Positions 38,150-51,720 of a DNA stretch of 64,000 bases are shown here, in pieces; the first letter of the stretch is position 1, and the number at the start of each line of letters is the position of its first letter. The notes below the pieces were generated by a model. It saw only the letters and a list, made by a program, of their open reading frames with translations. It had not been told where the DNA came from and did no database searches. The stretch lies in the NCBI GenBank assembly GCA_004022145.1, contig RCNU01000002.1; one strand, 5' to 3'. The position numbers were made by a program, and so were the translations under genes. This stretch comes from Paecilomyces variotii. Taxonomy: Eukaryota.

Positions 38150-41100
38150 TTATTCGTGTTTTGCGGGAATGCCCATCTGCTGAGCTCGCAGTCCCCCAAC
38201 TTCTCTCTTCAGGCGCAGATTCTCTTTCTTGACCCTGCCTAGCTCCTCCAAAGCTTCCCTCAGCTGGTCTTTTAAGGCACTTTCGCCATTACCCAGACGA
38301 ACGTCTTTCACCACCCGAGAGAGCTCTGTGTTGAAACGTTCATATAGTGCTTCATTCTCAGCGCTGGCCTCGCGATAGAGCTCATCTAGCTTTTTCGCCC
38401 TTCTCTCGCTGACAATCAGAGACGTCTCTAGGTCTTTCTCAATGGCAGTTGTTCGACCACTAAGATCGGCAGACATGGAAGAGAATCTCGACTCCAGATC
38501 TCGGAAGCGGCCGGAGAGATATGCATTAGCATCTTGGGCGCGACCATTGGGACTTTTCACATCTGCGTCAGATGTAGGTGAGAGCTTCAGAGCAGATAGC
38601 TCATCTCCGATGAGCATCAATTCAGTTTTGAAGCCCGCTTCAGCTGCTGCCTGTACTTTCTTCTCATTCGCGAGACGCTCTCGAAGCTGTTTGTGTGCAA
38701 GTTAGTCATGGCAGGTGGCGTTCGAACTGGGCAAGACGTACCTTCTGGGGACTCTGCATCCGAAGCTTCTGGACCTTCGGTGGTGAGGACATCGAATGGG
38801 GCCGTTTTGGTGATTCGAACCCATTCGCCAGCGTCGGGCGTTCCCTGAGCCCAGCACTCTTCCGTTGAGGAGTGCCAGGCATATCCGTCTTTCTTTTCGG
38901 ACTCTCATTTGGTGCCGGCGGCTCGTCGGATCTCTTATTAACAGCTCGTTCCATCAACGTAGGTCTGCTGTAGGCATTCTCTTTCCGGCTTGACAAGTTG
39001 GAGCGGGTTGGGGACTCTCTCCTTGGGGTCCCAGCCGCTCTCGTTGGCGAGCCCGTCCTCGTCGGTGAGGAGACCCTTGAAGGTGACTTGCTGGCATGGC
39101 TGCTTCGTGGCCTTGTCTCTTTTGGCGTGGCTGCCACTTCCGACCGAGGCCATTGTGGCGGAGGAGTTACCGGAGTTACAGGCCTAGGCGTGTGAACAGG
39201 AATAGGGTCATCACTTGAGGCTGTCATTGGTCTTAGGTCGGAAAGGGAGCTTCTGCGCTTTCTCCTAGGCTTTGGATTTTCCTGGTGCGATGGGACTTCT
39301 CCAATGGATGCCAGCAAAGTGTTGCTGTGCCCACTTCCTGGCCGCTCTTGTTCATCAGAAAATATGCCGTATACCGCGGGACGGTCTCGAGATGTTGGAC
39401 GTAGATAGTTGCCCAACCTTGTGTCTGTGTCGGTTGATTTAGAGCGCAATAATGTCCCTTTAGGTGTACTTGGCTCGGAGGATTCACCAGAGCCTTTGGT
39501 CTTGCTCAATGTCCGAAGGATCGAAGAGACTTTACTTTCTCCCTCATGCTTTGAATTCTCACGATGTAGTCCGAAGCCAAAGCGTCTCCTAAATGATGAG
39601 GTATTTGAGTTCACGGAACTGACACTAAGAGACTGGCTCTTATTCAGCGCACTGCTCGAATCATTCGGGAAAGCACCGTCGAGGGAAGCACTGGGAGGAG
39701 CGGAATCTTCGAACAAATTCTCGTAGTCATCGACAAGGCGATCCAAGAGAGAGATATACCGCATTGGATCACCGCTCTCAGTGAGAACTTCAGCAAAAGC
39801 GGCTGTCAGAGCGCCTCGATCACCATCATTGCCGGAAGCATCCAGAAGCTCAGCAAGAAGCCGCACCATCGCGGAGAGAGCGCGTCGGTTTTGTGGACTC
39901 ATGTCGCCCATCATTTGCCGGAAGAATTCATTAAAGTCTGCTGAGAACATGGCATCGAACTTGCTCTGGATGAGCTCCAGCGTTGAATTGGGAATGACAG
40001 GGCCCATGTGGTCTCTCCATGCATTGGAAATGAAGGTCTCAAATGAAACAAAGAGAACATCTACAGAGACCTCAGCAGCTGCCTGTAGTTTCCCGGGATC
40101 TTCAAGCAAAATATTGTAGAGCTCATTGACCGCAGTTCTGTCGACGTTGTCGCGTGCACGAAGTATGCGGCCCACAATATTTCCGCTTCTGGAACGCAGA
40201 GAGAGAATATACGCGGAGAATGTTTGCTCCAACGATTTTACATGGCGGTCCGCATCGCTTTCTACCACAGAGATCCTGTGGGTCTGTTTCTCCTGAGCGC
40301 TAGTAAGAGATGAAGGTGTATCGGGTCTATTAAAGGTAGACTTTGTGGGAGATATCTTTGGGACATCGCCCAGTAGAGGAACCGGGGATTTCAAGGGCGT
40401 GACGGTCTCTTTGGACTGGCCTCCACCCCAGAGAGATGAGAGCATTTTGGAAGGTGAAGGTGGGCGCAGGCCGCGGGGGACCTTTGCTTGTGATAGGAGA
40501 TGACCGGCTATGTATCGGAGGATCTCGAAGTTTGAGTAGACAACTGGCTCGGTCATTACCGTGTGTTGGGGATGATATAAATGTGAGACGAGATTCGATA
40601 CTATAATTTCATAGTCAGCCAAAGAAAAAGGGCGAAATGTAACAGGAAAACGGTACTCACGTCTCTTCGATAAAACTGGTATGAAGATATCCACTGACAC
40701 AATGTCTGTGGTAGATGTACCAACGACAGAATCGATATCCAGCCTGTACTGATCTTCATCGAGAGATGATATGGAGATTATCACGTCGAGGTCAGAACTG
40801 CTACTCAAAGTCTTCTGTCGAATCACCTTGGGGATATCAAAGACGATTCTGATGTTCGAAGACCCGGTCCTCTTCATAGTGCCAGCATTGTCTTCCTCGA
40901 AAACGGACGCCAAAATGCCGATATTGCTAAATGTCCCTGACGGACTTCTCAGGGTCCATTTTCCGTCCTCCCGTTCCTGCTCGGAGAATCTGCCCTCTAT
41001 CTTCGCCTTGACCATCTCCTCGACAAGACGATTAGCTCTACCTTCGTACATGCCTGACAGCTCCAGTACATGCAGAGCCCTGTCGGGTTCTTCCCCTTCA

Positions 41101-42851
41101 GGGATAGTCATTGAGGGAATGAGGTACAGGATCCGTCCACAGGTAGACTGCATCCAGCGCGTGCCCTGGAGATCCAAGACCCTTGCGAATCTCAATTCTC
41201 CAGGAGACCATGTTGGTGAAGGTTGATCGAGCTCTGCCAAGAGGCCACGGGCACTGGCTTTAGTCCCTTGAGCCTTGGACAAAAATATGAGGCAATCTTT
41301 GTACAGTAGCATGAGGCCCGAACTTGGTTTTGCAGCCGGGCTGTCAATTCGATAAGGTGGCGGAATCTCACTGAAATCAACAGCAGTGATCAAGCGTCCG
41401 GCTGGAGAAACGGACAGGGGCCAGTCATCGACTAGGGCTCTGAGCAGTTCCAGGGCTTTGGAGTTGTCGGTCGAGGAAGAGCTGTCTAACGAACATATAT
41501 CCTTGATGACGTCTCGCGCCTTGAGAAACGGTTTCACGGCCGGGTGAACCAAGGGCAAGCTGCTGGTCATTGTATCTATCAAAAGACTGTATCGAGGCAA
41601 CCGCTGCACTGGCTCCATCAAAAGCGAGCGCAATCGCTGTTCCCCTGTCTCATGCACTCTTCTTGAGAAGCTGGAGTTGTTGTCTCTTAGGAACGCGTTC
41701 AATGTTCGGGTAAATCCAGTATGGGCCCGCATATAGTCCGCATACGGCCGCGAGAATAACGGAAACCATTCCAGGAGTGCATTTGCGAATGCGGCAGCAC
41801 CGACCGGATCATTTACATCTCTTGTTGAAGCTCGACTCGAGACCGACGCTTGCAGCTCCGTGTCGCCCGCCAGATCAGCAATGGCGTCTTTCTCCGTGTC
41901 CTCTAGGATCTGGCGGATCACATGTAGAAAACCCATGTTGACCTCCAAGATCTCGTTCAGGCATGGAGGGAATAGCTTCTCCAGGGCAGTTTCATCAGGG
42001 CTCGTACTGGAGGCTGATCTCGCGCGAGCCTTCGCCCGGAATTCCTCCACGACGTTATGGACTAAGTCATACAGCTTCGCGACATATCTCTCTTCGGTGT
42101 CGACCACCTCACACATAGCCAACCGGAGTGCTTCCTTCTGGCTTTTGGAGAAGAGCTTCGACTTGCTGAGGTTTGTGGGTTGAGATGGAGCTCGTCGCAG
42201 GCGCGACGTCGGGAGGAATATGGGCTCTCCCAAAGACTGGATGAGTGGACTGTATTTACCATATTGATCGTCCGGGGCATCATCAAGATCGTCCTCTGGA
42301 CTGTCCTGCCGCTCTGTAGACCGTATAGTCCCAACAGGCAGAACCACGTCGATGTCGATCCATGGTACCTTGCGCTCCCGATAAGCTTCACGCAAATTGC
42401 GAATGATCTCTGACGGGTTCTCGACCCTTGTCATGCGATTCGCCAGCTCTGCAGCGTGCATCTCATCGAACAGTTTGGGTACCTTGCCCGCAGGCTTTCC
42501 AGCTTTGGCCGTCTCCACGAGACACTCTTTGACGGGACTGGACAGCTCCGCAAAGTACTTGAGTATACAGACTGCCAGACCGCGACATACCTCATCGCCC
42601 TGCTTCTCACGGGGGAGGTGGTTGACTGCAGCGTACAAGGGAGCCGCTGGGGAAATGGCGATGCGGGGGTAGCTTTGGAAGCCGGCAGGCGTGAAGATGT
42701 GCGCCTGGATGCGGGAGCTGCTGACGGTCGCATGGGCAGTCGCAACGGGGCCATGAAAGATAAGGATAGAAGACAGGAATGGATCAACAGCGTGGTAGAG
42801 CGACAACTGCTCCAACGGCAGGGTCGACAGCGAGTTGGACGCTGCGGCCAT
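38150..42851 (-). CDS. Rho guanine-nucleotide exchange factor (DH domain), Bud3/Gef2-like; two introns near 40600-40660 and 38687-38741
   Basis: CEVVDTEERYVAKL and LLMEPVQRLPRYSLL DH motifs, Ser/Pro-rich linker and C-terminal coiled coil. The Bud3 assignment is from memory of the family. Confidence 0.88.
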
Positions 42852-44626
42852 GGCTGATCGGAGCAGCGCACCTTCTGGGATCGCGTTTCGACACAGATCA
42901 GGCGGGGACGGCGGGCGGACGCATTGACTTGAAATGACAGAGATAGATAGAGATGGAAATCACACACGATCGCGGGCGACGGCTTCCTCACACCGGGACG
43001 ATGGAGCGCAGACGGTCAGGAACGCGCGTGGTGACCTCCATGAGAAGCTGAAGCTGAAGCTTGAAGGCAGAGGAAAGGAAGAGCAGGAGGAGGGGTTCGA
43101 TGTCGAGATACTTAGCTGTGCCGTTGTTTACCTCTCCCCGGGAGAGCTTCTGGAGGTCATCCAGTCTGATTTGGCGCTCGATCTCGGCACAGAAGGGGAA
43201 ATCGGACGGGTGGATATCTGGATCTGAACTGCTGAGGGGGATCTCAGTTCGACTATCTGTCGTGGATCAACTTGAAACACTCGAGATCGAACGGCGTCGA
43301 CATCCCGAGCGTCTGGTTGGCTGCACCACGTGTCGCCGGCGTAAACAACCGCCCGCCAGCGAGACGCCCATCCTGGGGTTCCCCGAAGCAAGGGACGAGA
43401 TCGTTGTCCTTACGAAGGTCTAGAGTATCTACTCTAGACTAGATAGACCTCTTCTCTGCTCTCTCTGGCTACACAGTCGCCCTTTTGGTTTGGCGCTGGT
43501 GGAGCCGCGGAACCGGCGGGCGATAGTCGACTTTGTGACCAGGGAACTGGAAGATCGTGCAAAGATGGAGAAAGAATCCTAAGCCAGCCACCGTCGCTCG
43601 CGCCTGTTCCGGCTAGTTTGACCATTCTCCAGAAGGGAGGTCATCAGTTTAAGCTATATTATTGCAGAGTATTTACCCGATATCATCCTGTACGACCCCG
43701 TTGCTATGCTGAACTTTGAAGGCACGCATCCCATGTCGGTATAATTGCCTGTCCTCGATCTGCCCTGTGGATAGGGTCCAGCTTCAAAATGTGACATGTG
43801 ATGCGATGGCCTCAGTACCTAGTCGAATGCCTCTGGATTCAATAGTGAGGTGCATTATGGCTTGCACATATTGCAGCAAGGGCTACCGGTGTAGGTTGGT
43901 CTCTGAGGCAATACGGATATCTTCATGCACTAAACACAATGATTCCAAACCCTTTGCTGATCATTGCATGCGCATCATCTGCATCTATATCAATGCGAAG
44001 GAGCAAATAGCTAAACTATATGGACCCGGTTGTGGGAAGGATGGGAAATTATTACGGGAATCAGCAAGGCAAAGGATACCGGAGTATATCTGAATACAAT
44101 CTATATGGCTATTCTGAGGGGGCCAGAAAAGGCACATAGTTGCCTGTAAAGTTTAGTAGTAATTGTGCGCTGGAAAATTATTGCTATATCTGCTCCTTTT
44201 AAGGTGCAGCACAATAGATATAGTTAACTCATAGTTAATTCAGTTACGGTCTCTTTTTTATCTTCCTGTGTTGAAAGCTCACCGCCTTGTAGACCGCCTA
44301 CGTCGCTACAAACCTCCAAAGTACAACATGAGGTACGATTGTGCAGCAAGGAGAGAAGGTAGACTGGTAAAAGTGTACTTGCTCCAGGATATTAGAACAT
44401 AAAGCTAACATGTTACTACTCAATCGACACCATCCAAACAAGAACCACCAGAAATGCACTCATGCCCCGTGTCGATGATCTGCCGGCAGATGCTGTTTTG
44501 CGGACTGGGCCCAATGGAGTGCCGTACCGGCGCGGAGGAGAGCTCCAGCCAAAGTAGACCCAAAGAGACCAGGACAGCTTGCGATATCCCCGAGATGCAC
44601 CTTTGGGCACCGCGCAATCGCCCACC

Positions 44627-47600
44627 ATGTCTGGTTCCTCCATATCGATAGCCATCGACCCCGTGGCTCTTGTGACTACAGAATGCATCACAGTCACCTC
44701 TGCTATGCGCAAACATGCGCGATGGGCGCACTCCTCCGTCGCCGCCATCCTAGGTGGAAGCGGAGCTTCGAGAGTCTACGAGCGTGATACATCCGCCGCC
44801 TCCAGGGCCCAGAACGGCAATGCAACAGGGAAGTCGAATCCGAGGATTATGCCGTCAGAATTGGGCCCAACGACAGTCGAAGGAGACAGTGCATTTGCCA
44901 GTCGATGGGGTTTGCGGGGAAAGAAAGGCAAGAGCATGCAAGACAATCCCTTGATGGCTGCTTTCACGCGTTTGCGGAGCGATCTTAAGGGTTGCAAGGA
45001 CATTCGCACGTTCGATACACCGGCATTATTGCATCCATTTCTCCAGGTTATTCGCTCTTCTTCCACGTCGGCCCCAATTACGTCGTTGGCCCTGATTGCC
45101 ATCACGAAGTTCTTCGCCTACAACATCATCAACCGCAACTCTCCCAGGCTTTCAATGGCGATGCAACTTCTATCAGCTGCGATTACACACTGCCGCTTTG
45201 AAGCCAGTGACTCTGCAGCGGATGAGATTGTTCTCCTACGGATCTTGAAACTGATGGAAGGAATGATATCGCGGCCCGAGGGCGAGCTCCTGGGCGATGA
45301 AAGTGTCTGTGAAATGATGGAGACCGGTCTCAGTATGTGCTGCCAGGTCCGCCTGTCAGAAGTCCTTCGCAGATCGGCGGAGATGGCCATGGTGAATATG
45401 TGCCAAGTCATCTTCATGAGGCTTGCCCATCTGGACGACCGGGAGGAGCTGAGTCCGGACCAAGAAGGACAGAAGACAGACGAGGAGGCGGCTGCGGTCA
45501 AGATGGACCCGTCAGTGGACGGGAACACTGTGACATCTCAGCATCTGTCCGCTATGGGTTCAGATACGTCTCCTCCGGAGAAAGAGGAGAAGGAGCGTGT
45601 GAGCGGAGAAGCGACACCTGAACCTACGACAAATGGGAATGCGGTAGCGGCACCACCTGATCCGCAGGAAGACTCACAGGTTGAGGTGAAACCGTATTCC
45701 TTGCCGTCAATTCGGGAACTCTTTCGTGTCTTGGTAGACTTGTTGGACCCTCATAACCGCCAACATACAGATGCCATGCGAGTCATGGCCCTGAGGATAA
45801 TCGATGTGGCTCTTGAGGTGGCAGGCCCCTCAATTGCTAGAAACCCGAGTCTTGCGGTCTTGGCTCAAGATGATCTCTGCCGTCATCTCTTCCAGCTGGT
45901 GAGGTCTGAGAGTATAGCTATCCTGACAGGCTCACTACGAGTAGCGGGAACGCTGCTGTCGACTTGCCGCCCAGTCCTGAAGCTTCAGCAAGAGGTCTAT
46001 CTGTCATATCTCGTCGCATGTCTCCATCCTCGAGTTGATATTCCGAGGGAGCCCGGGATCGACCCGTCACTCTACGATGGAGTCCCGCAGGCGCCTAAAT
46101 TGGTGAAGCCGTCCCCATCACAGACCAGTAGTGGCAGATCCACGCCGATTCCCGTGAAGGATCGACAGAAGCTCGGACTCGAAGGTGGTTCTAGGAGGCC
46201 TGAAGCCAGAGAAGCTATGGTTGAGAGCATTGGGGTCTTAGCTCGGATCCCAACCTTCATGGTTGAGCTCTTTGTCAATTATGACTGTCAGGTGGACAGA
46301 GCAGATCTGTGTGAGGATATGGTTGGGCTTCTGTCTCGAAACGCCTTCCCCGATTCCGCCACATGGAGCACGACGAATGTGCCTCCTCTTTGCCTGGATT
46401 CTCTTTTGGGTTATATCCAATTCATCTCGGACAGACTCGAGGATGAACCGAAATTCGAAGGCTATCCTGATCCGGAACGTCTGAGACGTCAACGGGAAAA
46501 GAAAAAGATTATCATCAAGGGTGCAACGAAGTTCAACGAGGACCCCAAGGCAGGAATCGCCTATTTAGCATCGCAAGGGATAATAGAAAACCCCGACGAC
46601 CCAACTTTGGTCGCAGGGTTCCTGAAAGGGACGGCCCGCATATCGAAAAAGATTCTAGGAGAATTCATCTCCAAGAGGAACAACGAAGAGTTATTGGATG
46701 CGTTCGTTGAGTTATTTGATTTCTCCGGCAAGACTGTCGTCGATGCTCTCAGAGAGCTACTTGGATCTTTCCGCTTGCCAGGTGAAGCTCCTTTGATCTC
46801 TCGGATCGTAACTACATTTTCCGAGAAATACATGGCAAAAGCCAACCCCGAAGGCGTGGCTGATAAGGATGCACTCTTTGTTCTGACGTACGCCATTATC
46901 ATGCTAAACACAGACCTATACAATCCAAACGTGAAGTCTCAAAACCGCATGACATATATTGACTTCTCGAAGAACCTGCGGGGTGTTAACGGCGGCGGGG
47001 ATTTCGCGCCGGAATTCCTCCAAGAAATTTACGACTCCATCAAGCAGAACGAGATCATCTTGCCTGACGAGCATGAGAGCAAAGATGCGTTCGAATATGC
47101 TTGGAAGGAACTTTTGCTAAAAACAGAGTCGGCGGGAGAATTGATAGTCTGCAACACCAACATCTATGATGCTGAGATGTTCGAGGCGACTTGGAAACCT
47201 GTCGTAGCCACCCTCTCTTATGTTTTCATGTCAGCGTCTGATGATGCAGTTTTCTCGAGGGTAGTTATGGGCTTTGACCAATGCGCCCAAATAGCTGCTA
47301 AGTACGGCTTGACTGAGGCGTTTGATCGCATAATCTACTGTCTCAGCTCTATCAGCACGCTTGCGACTGATACGCCGTCTAATACATCTTTGAATACAGA
47401 AGTCCAGGCAGGAAAGAAGAGCGTCATGGTGAGCGAGCTTGCGGTCAAGTTTGGTCGGGACTTCAGAGCACAGTTAGCCACTGTCGTTCTGTTTCGTGTG
47501 CTTGCTGGAAACGAGCCCATTGTTCGACAAAGCTGGAAATATGTCATCCGAATCCTTACGAACTTATTCATCAACTCCCTCATACCGCCGCTCGACGATA

Positions 47601-49645
47601 GCGTCAATGCCATGCTGGATGTTCCCCCAATCCCTCTGCAACCGCCCTCTCAAGTAGTTGAACGAGATAATCGTTCGAGCGAAGCGGGACTTTTGTCTGC
47701 ATTCACGTCATACCTGTCGAGCTATGCGGCTGATGATCCCCCTGAGCCCTCTGATGAGGAACTGGACAACACTTTGTGTACAGTTGACTGTGTCAGCGCG
47801 TGTTCCATAGGGAATATATTGGCCAATATGAAGTAAGTTCGCTCTATTTCATTGACGCGAGTGTTGCTTACATTACGATACAGGACGCTTCCATTGTCTT
47901 CGTTGACTGCACTGACCGATGCTTTATTATCGGAGTTGCCTGACGAGTCCCCAGCTGTTATTGTTGTGAAACCAGAGCGCCCAACCTCTAGTGCATCCCG
48001 TTTCTCTACGGGCAAACCCAATACTGACGGTCCTATCTACAATCCTAACATGGTTTACATTCTGGAATTGGCAACGCTCCTGTCTTTGCGTGATGATGAA
48101 ACAATGCAAGCCATAGGTGAAAACGTGGCGGGCTCACTACGAGACATCGTACGAGATAGCCAGAACTTCCACCCCCTGGTGATTTCGCGGGTTGTGAGTT
48201 ATCTCTTGAGCCTTTTACGTGTGGGCTATGTGAGTATTTCCATCTGTACACTTCGTGTCCTTGACTAACGAGCTATAGGAACAACCCTTCATGCGTGTGC
48301 CTGTTGTTCTTCACTGCATGTCAAGTTTCGACCAGGATATGTTGGAGCGTTGTGCGGTACCTATTGTCAAGGGCCTTTCGCGGTGCATTGGAAGTTCTAC
48401 TGCTCTGAGGAACGTGCTCACAATATCCCCGGATTTCTGGTCTATCCTACAGAGGCTGCATCAGCATGATGAGTCTGCGGGCCTGGTCTTCGAACTGCTC
48501 CAGACCATTGTCGACTCGACCCCACCAACAATAACTGCTGATAATTTTGAATCTGCTGTTGCACTTGCCAATGATTTCGCGAGTGCAGGCAGCGTAGGTG
48601 CTATTGAGGAGCGCCAGAGGGACGCTCTAGCACGACGTTCCAAAGTCAAACAGGTCAAAGCCAGGTACGTAAGCATCATTCATCTTCTATAAGTTTAATA
48701 CTCATGAAAACAGTGAAAATAAAACAGTAACGCGAGGTGTAAAAGCGATAGGCCTCATCTATCAGATGACAAGTCGGGTGCCCTCGCTCATCCAACAATC
48801 CCATCTCGAAAAGAGCGAAGGTCAGTAAAAATAGTCATATATCGGGCAGTATCGAAGCATCGATGCTAATATTCTCTGCAGCTTGGGCGGCATACTGGTC
48901 CCCTATTTTCCACTCTCTGACAACACAGTGTATCAATCCCTGTCGTGATGTCAGACATCATGCGGTGTCAGCTCTGCAACGGTGTCTGCTGTCCCTCGAC
49001 CTTGCTTCAACCGATCACAAGGAATGGACCGCTGTGTTCGATGAAGTGCTTTTCCCACTTATCCTGCGACTCCTCAAACCAGAGGTGTACCACTCAGATC
49101 CCATCGGAATGAGTGAAACTCGTGTGCAAGCAGCGACGCTTGTGTGCAAGATCTATCTCCGCTATCTTGATCAGCTGCCCGAACGGGACGGGCTGCTAGA
49201 CATGTGGGTGAAGATTTTGGATATTCTGGATAGGATGATGAACAGCGGACAAGGAGATAGTCTTGTATGTCACCGGATTCTCTGATGATTTTCTATGTTA
49301 CGATTCCAAACTGACTCTTGAAAGGAGGAAGCGATTCCCGAAAGCCTCAAGAATATACTCCTCGTCATGGCCGATGGAGGATATCTTGCTCCACCATACC
49401 AGGATCCCACCAAAGAGAAGATCTGGACCGAGACGCGAAAGCGATTGGATCGGTTCCTTCCTCATCTCTTTACGGAAATATTTCCGGAGTCCAGAGAGAG
49501 GTCGGCGCCGGGGTCAGCTCTGGGCTCACCTCTCCCAGTCCCAGACAAGACCAGCGACGATAGAGGCCACGAACAAACTGACTCACCTACCGCTCCAGTT
49601 CCTGCAGATACCCAACCAATGGCGGTCGAAAGCGAGGTGGACTAA
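44627..49645 (+). CDS. geaA: Sec7-domain Arf-GEF of the GBF/Gea family, five introns in the 3' part
   Basis: DCB domain (THCRFEASD), HUS box (FVNYDC), Sec7 FRLPGEA and IIMLNTDLYN motifs; spliced C-terminus ...EAIPESLKNILLVM. Confidence 0.95.
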
Positions 49646-50062
49646 ACGCATTAGCATTTCTTGGGATGACCTTTTTTTCTCTTCATTCTTTCTTTATCCT
49701 TGATGGGATTACTTTCAGCATAGCCGGTCTCTGTAAATTATTTGCTGTGCGTATGCTGTGCCGTCTACATGCAATGTCTGGCTCAGGGCGAATTCTGTTG
49801 AGAATTAACGCCATAATATTATATTCAGAGGCCATTTGGTTTGATGCAGGCACATACAACCTTTTCATTTCGCATGGATTTTAGACTGTTTATACAGTAT
49901 AGAACTATGTGATAAAACGGCTCAATATAATTAGCTGCAAGTGGCAACTCTCGATTATATATGCTTGAATAATAATTTATGTGAAGCAAAAATAATTAGA
50001 ACATGCCGACAACAGGCGTAGAATTAATTTCTGAAAAAAAAAAAAAGAATTTAATGTTGCTT

Positions 50063-50133
50063 TGCATCATCCGTGAATCGAACACGGGCCTCGTCGATGG
50101 CAACGACGAATTCTACCACTAGACCAATGATGC
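50063..50133 (-). tRNA. tRNA-Gly(GCC), intronless
   Basis: Reverse complement GCATCATTGGTCTAGTGGTAGAATTCGTCGTTGCCATCGACGAGGCCCGTGTTCGATTCACGGATGATGCA folds to a full cloverleaf. Confidence 0.97.
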
Positions 50134-50307
50134 TTGTTGTGATAAGTCCTATTTTTCATGAACTATAATCCTGTATCCTCATAAAAGCGTCATGGAGAAG
50201 GTACCTCCACACCTGCATGTCCTCAGTTGAGCTAATATACGGAATGTCACGAAGCTCTAATCGAACGACAAAAGGCTGCGCAAACAGAGCTGTCCGCCGT
50301 CGCAACC

Positions 50308-51432
50308 ATGCCTGCATTAGCAGTGCCTTCCGGGAACCCCCCGAATCCAACGTAAGTTTATGGCTCTGCTTCTTTACGTCCATACAGACCAGATCGCTAA
50401 CTCCAAGTTTCCATTTTCCAGTGTCTATGTTCGTGAATCACCTACCCTTCCTCGGACCTTGCACAAAACCTCGTTGTTATTGTAGTCGTCGCATTTGGAC
50501 TTTATATGACTTTCATCGCATTGGAAATAAAATAGAGATGTTTTCTAATTTTACTCCTCTAGGTCCGCAATCTTGAAGAACGCGTCAAGATCGACCAACT
50601 GAAAGAAGCTCTGCAAGAGATCTTCGAGGAATATGGCACCATCATCGAGATAATCGCCAAGAAAAACCTGAAGGCCAAAGGCCAGGCGTTCATTGTCTTT
50701 GACTCTGTCGATTCGGCAACTCGCGCCATCGAGGAGGTGAATGGCTTCGAACTGTTCGAGAAGCCGATGGTGTTGGATTATGCGAAGTCGAGGAGCGATG
50801 CGACGGTCTTGAGAGAGGGCGGTCCTGAGGAACTTGATGCTCACAAGAGGAGGAGATTGGCTGAGAAAGGTGTGTCTCTTTCTTTCTTTCCTTTCTGGTG
50901 GTTTCGCATATTGGTTTCATGTGTTTCTTGATGTTGAGATTACATGATTCTTGACGTCTCTGGCTGGGTTATAGCTTTTACTTTTCTGAAGGTCTACGCG
51001 TTGCTAACGTCTTATCTCTTCTTTCAATCAGAGCGCAAACAAGCCCAGGAAGCCCTCGAAGCACAGAAGAAACTCAAGCGTCCTGCTGGTCCTGCCGGAG
51101 CCGAACCCGGGCGTCCAGCCAAGGCTGCGAGAGGCGCGGGTCTCAAGCCTTCCAATGCCGCTGCTGGTGCCGTTATTCCAGACGAATACCTTCCCCCGAA
51201 TAAGATTCTGTTCCTCCGGGATCTGCCAGACAACGCGGACCAGGAGAGCCTCACCGCGATCTTCGGCCGGTTCGAGGGTTTCCAGGAGGTTCGGTTGGTG
51301 CCAGGACGGAAAGGGATCGCATTCGTCGAGTACGAGAACGAGACCGGTGCGATCAGTGCGAAGGAAGCTACCTCTGGGATGCCCATGGGAGACAATGGCA
51401 AGCCTATCCGCGTTACGTACCAGAGACAATGA
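50308..51432 (+). CDS. U1A/U2B'' snRNP protein (two RRMs); exons 50308-50351, 50422-50428, 50563-50869, 51032-51432
   Basis: PPNPTVYVRNLEE, KGQAFIVF, PPNKILFLRDLP and EVRLVPGRKGIAFVEY. Confidence 0.93.
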
Positions 51433-51720
51433 GCTTCCTACTACCATGCTATGGTCGGGCAAGATCTGTTTCCCGGCTTGGGCTTGTTACGGCGTTTGGC
51501 AGGGTTTTCTCATCTTTCTTGAGACTTTTATAACTGGATCTAAGGATGTGGGGTTTAGTTCGTTAGAAAATAAGGCACGCTTTTTTCCTTTTTGCAAAAG
51601 TATGGCCAATTCGATGATAAAGCAAGCAGAGTGTGGCTATGGTCGTTGCAACAGATACATCCTAGCAAATGTACAGTATTTGGAAAGACAAGCATAAAGA
51701 CATGGCGGCAAAGGAAATGC

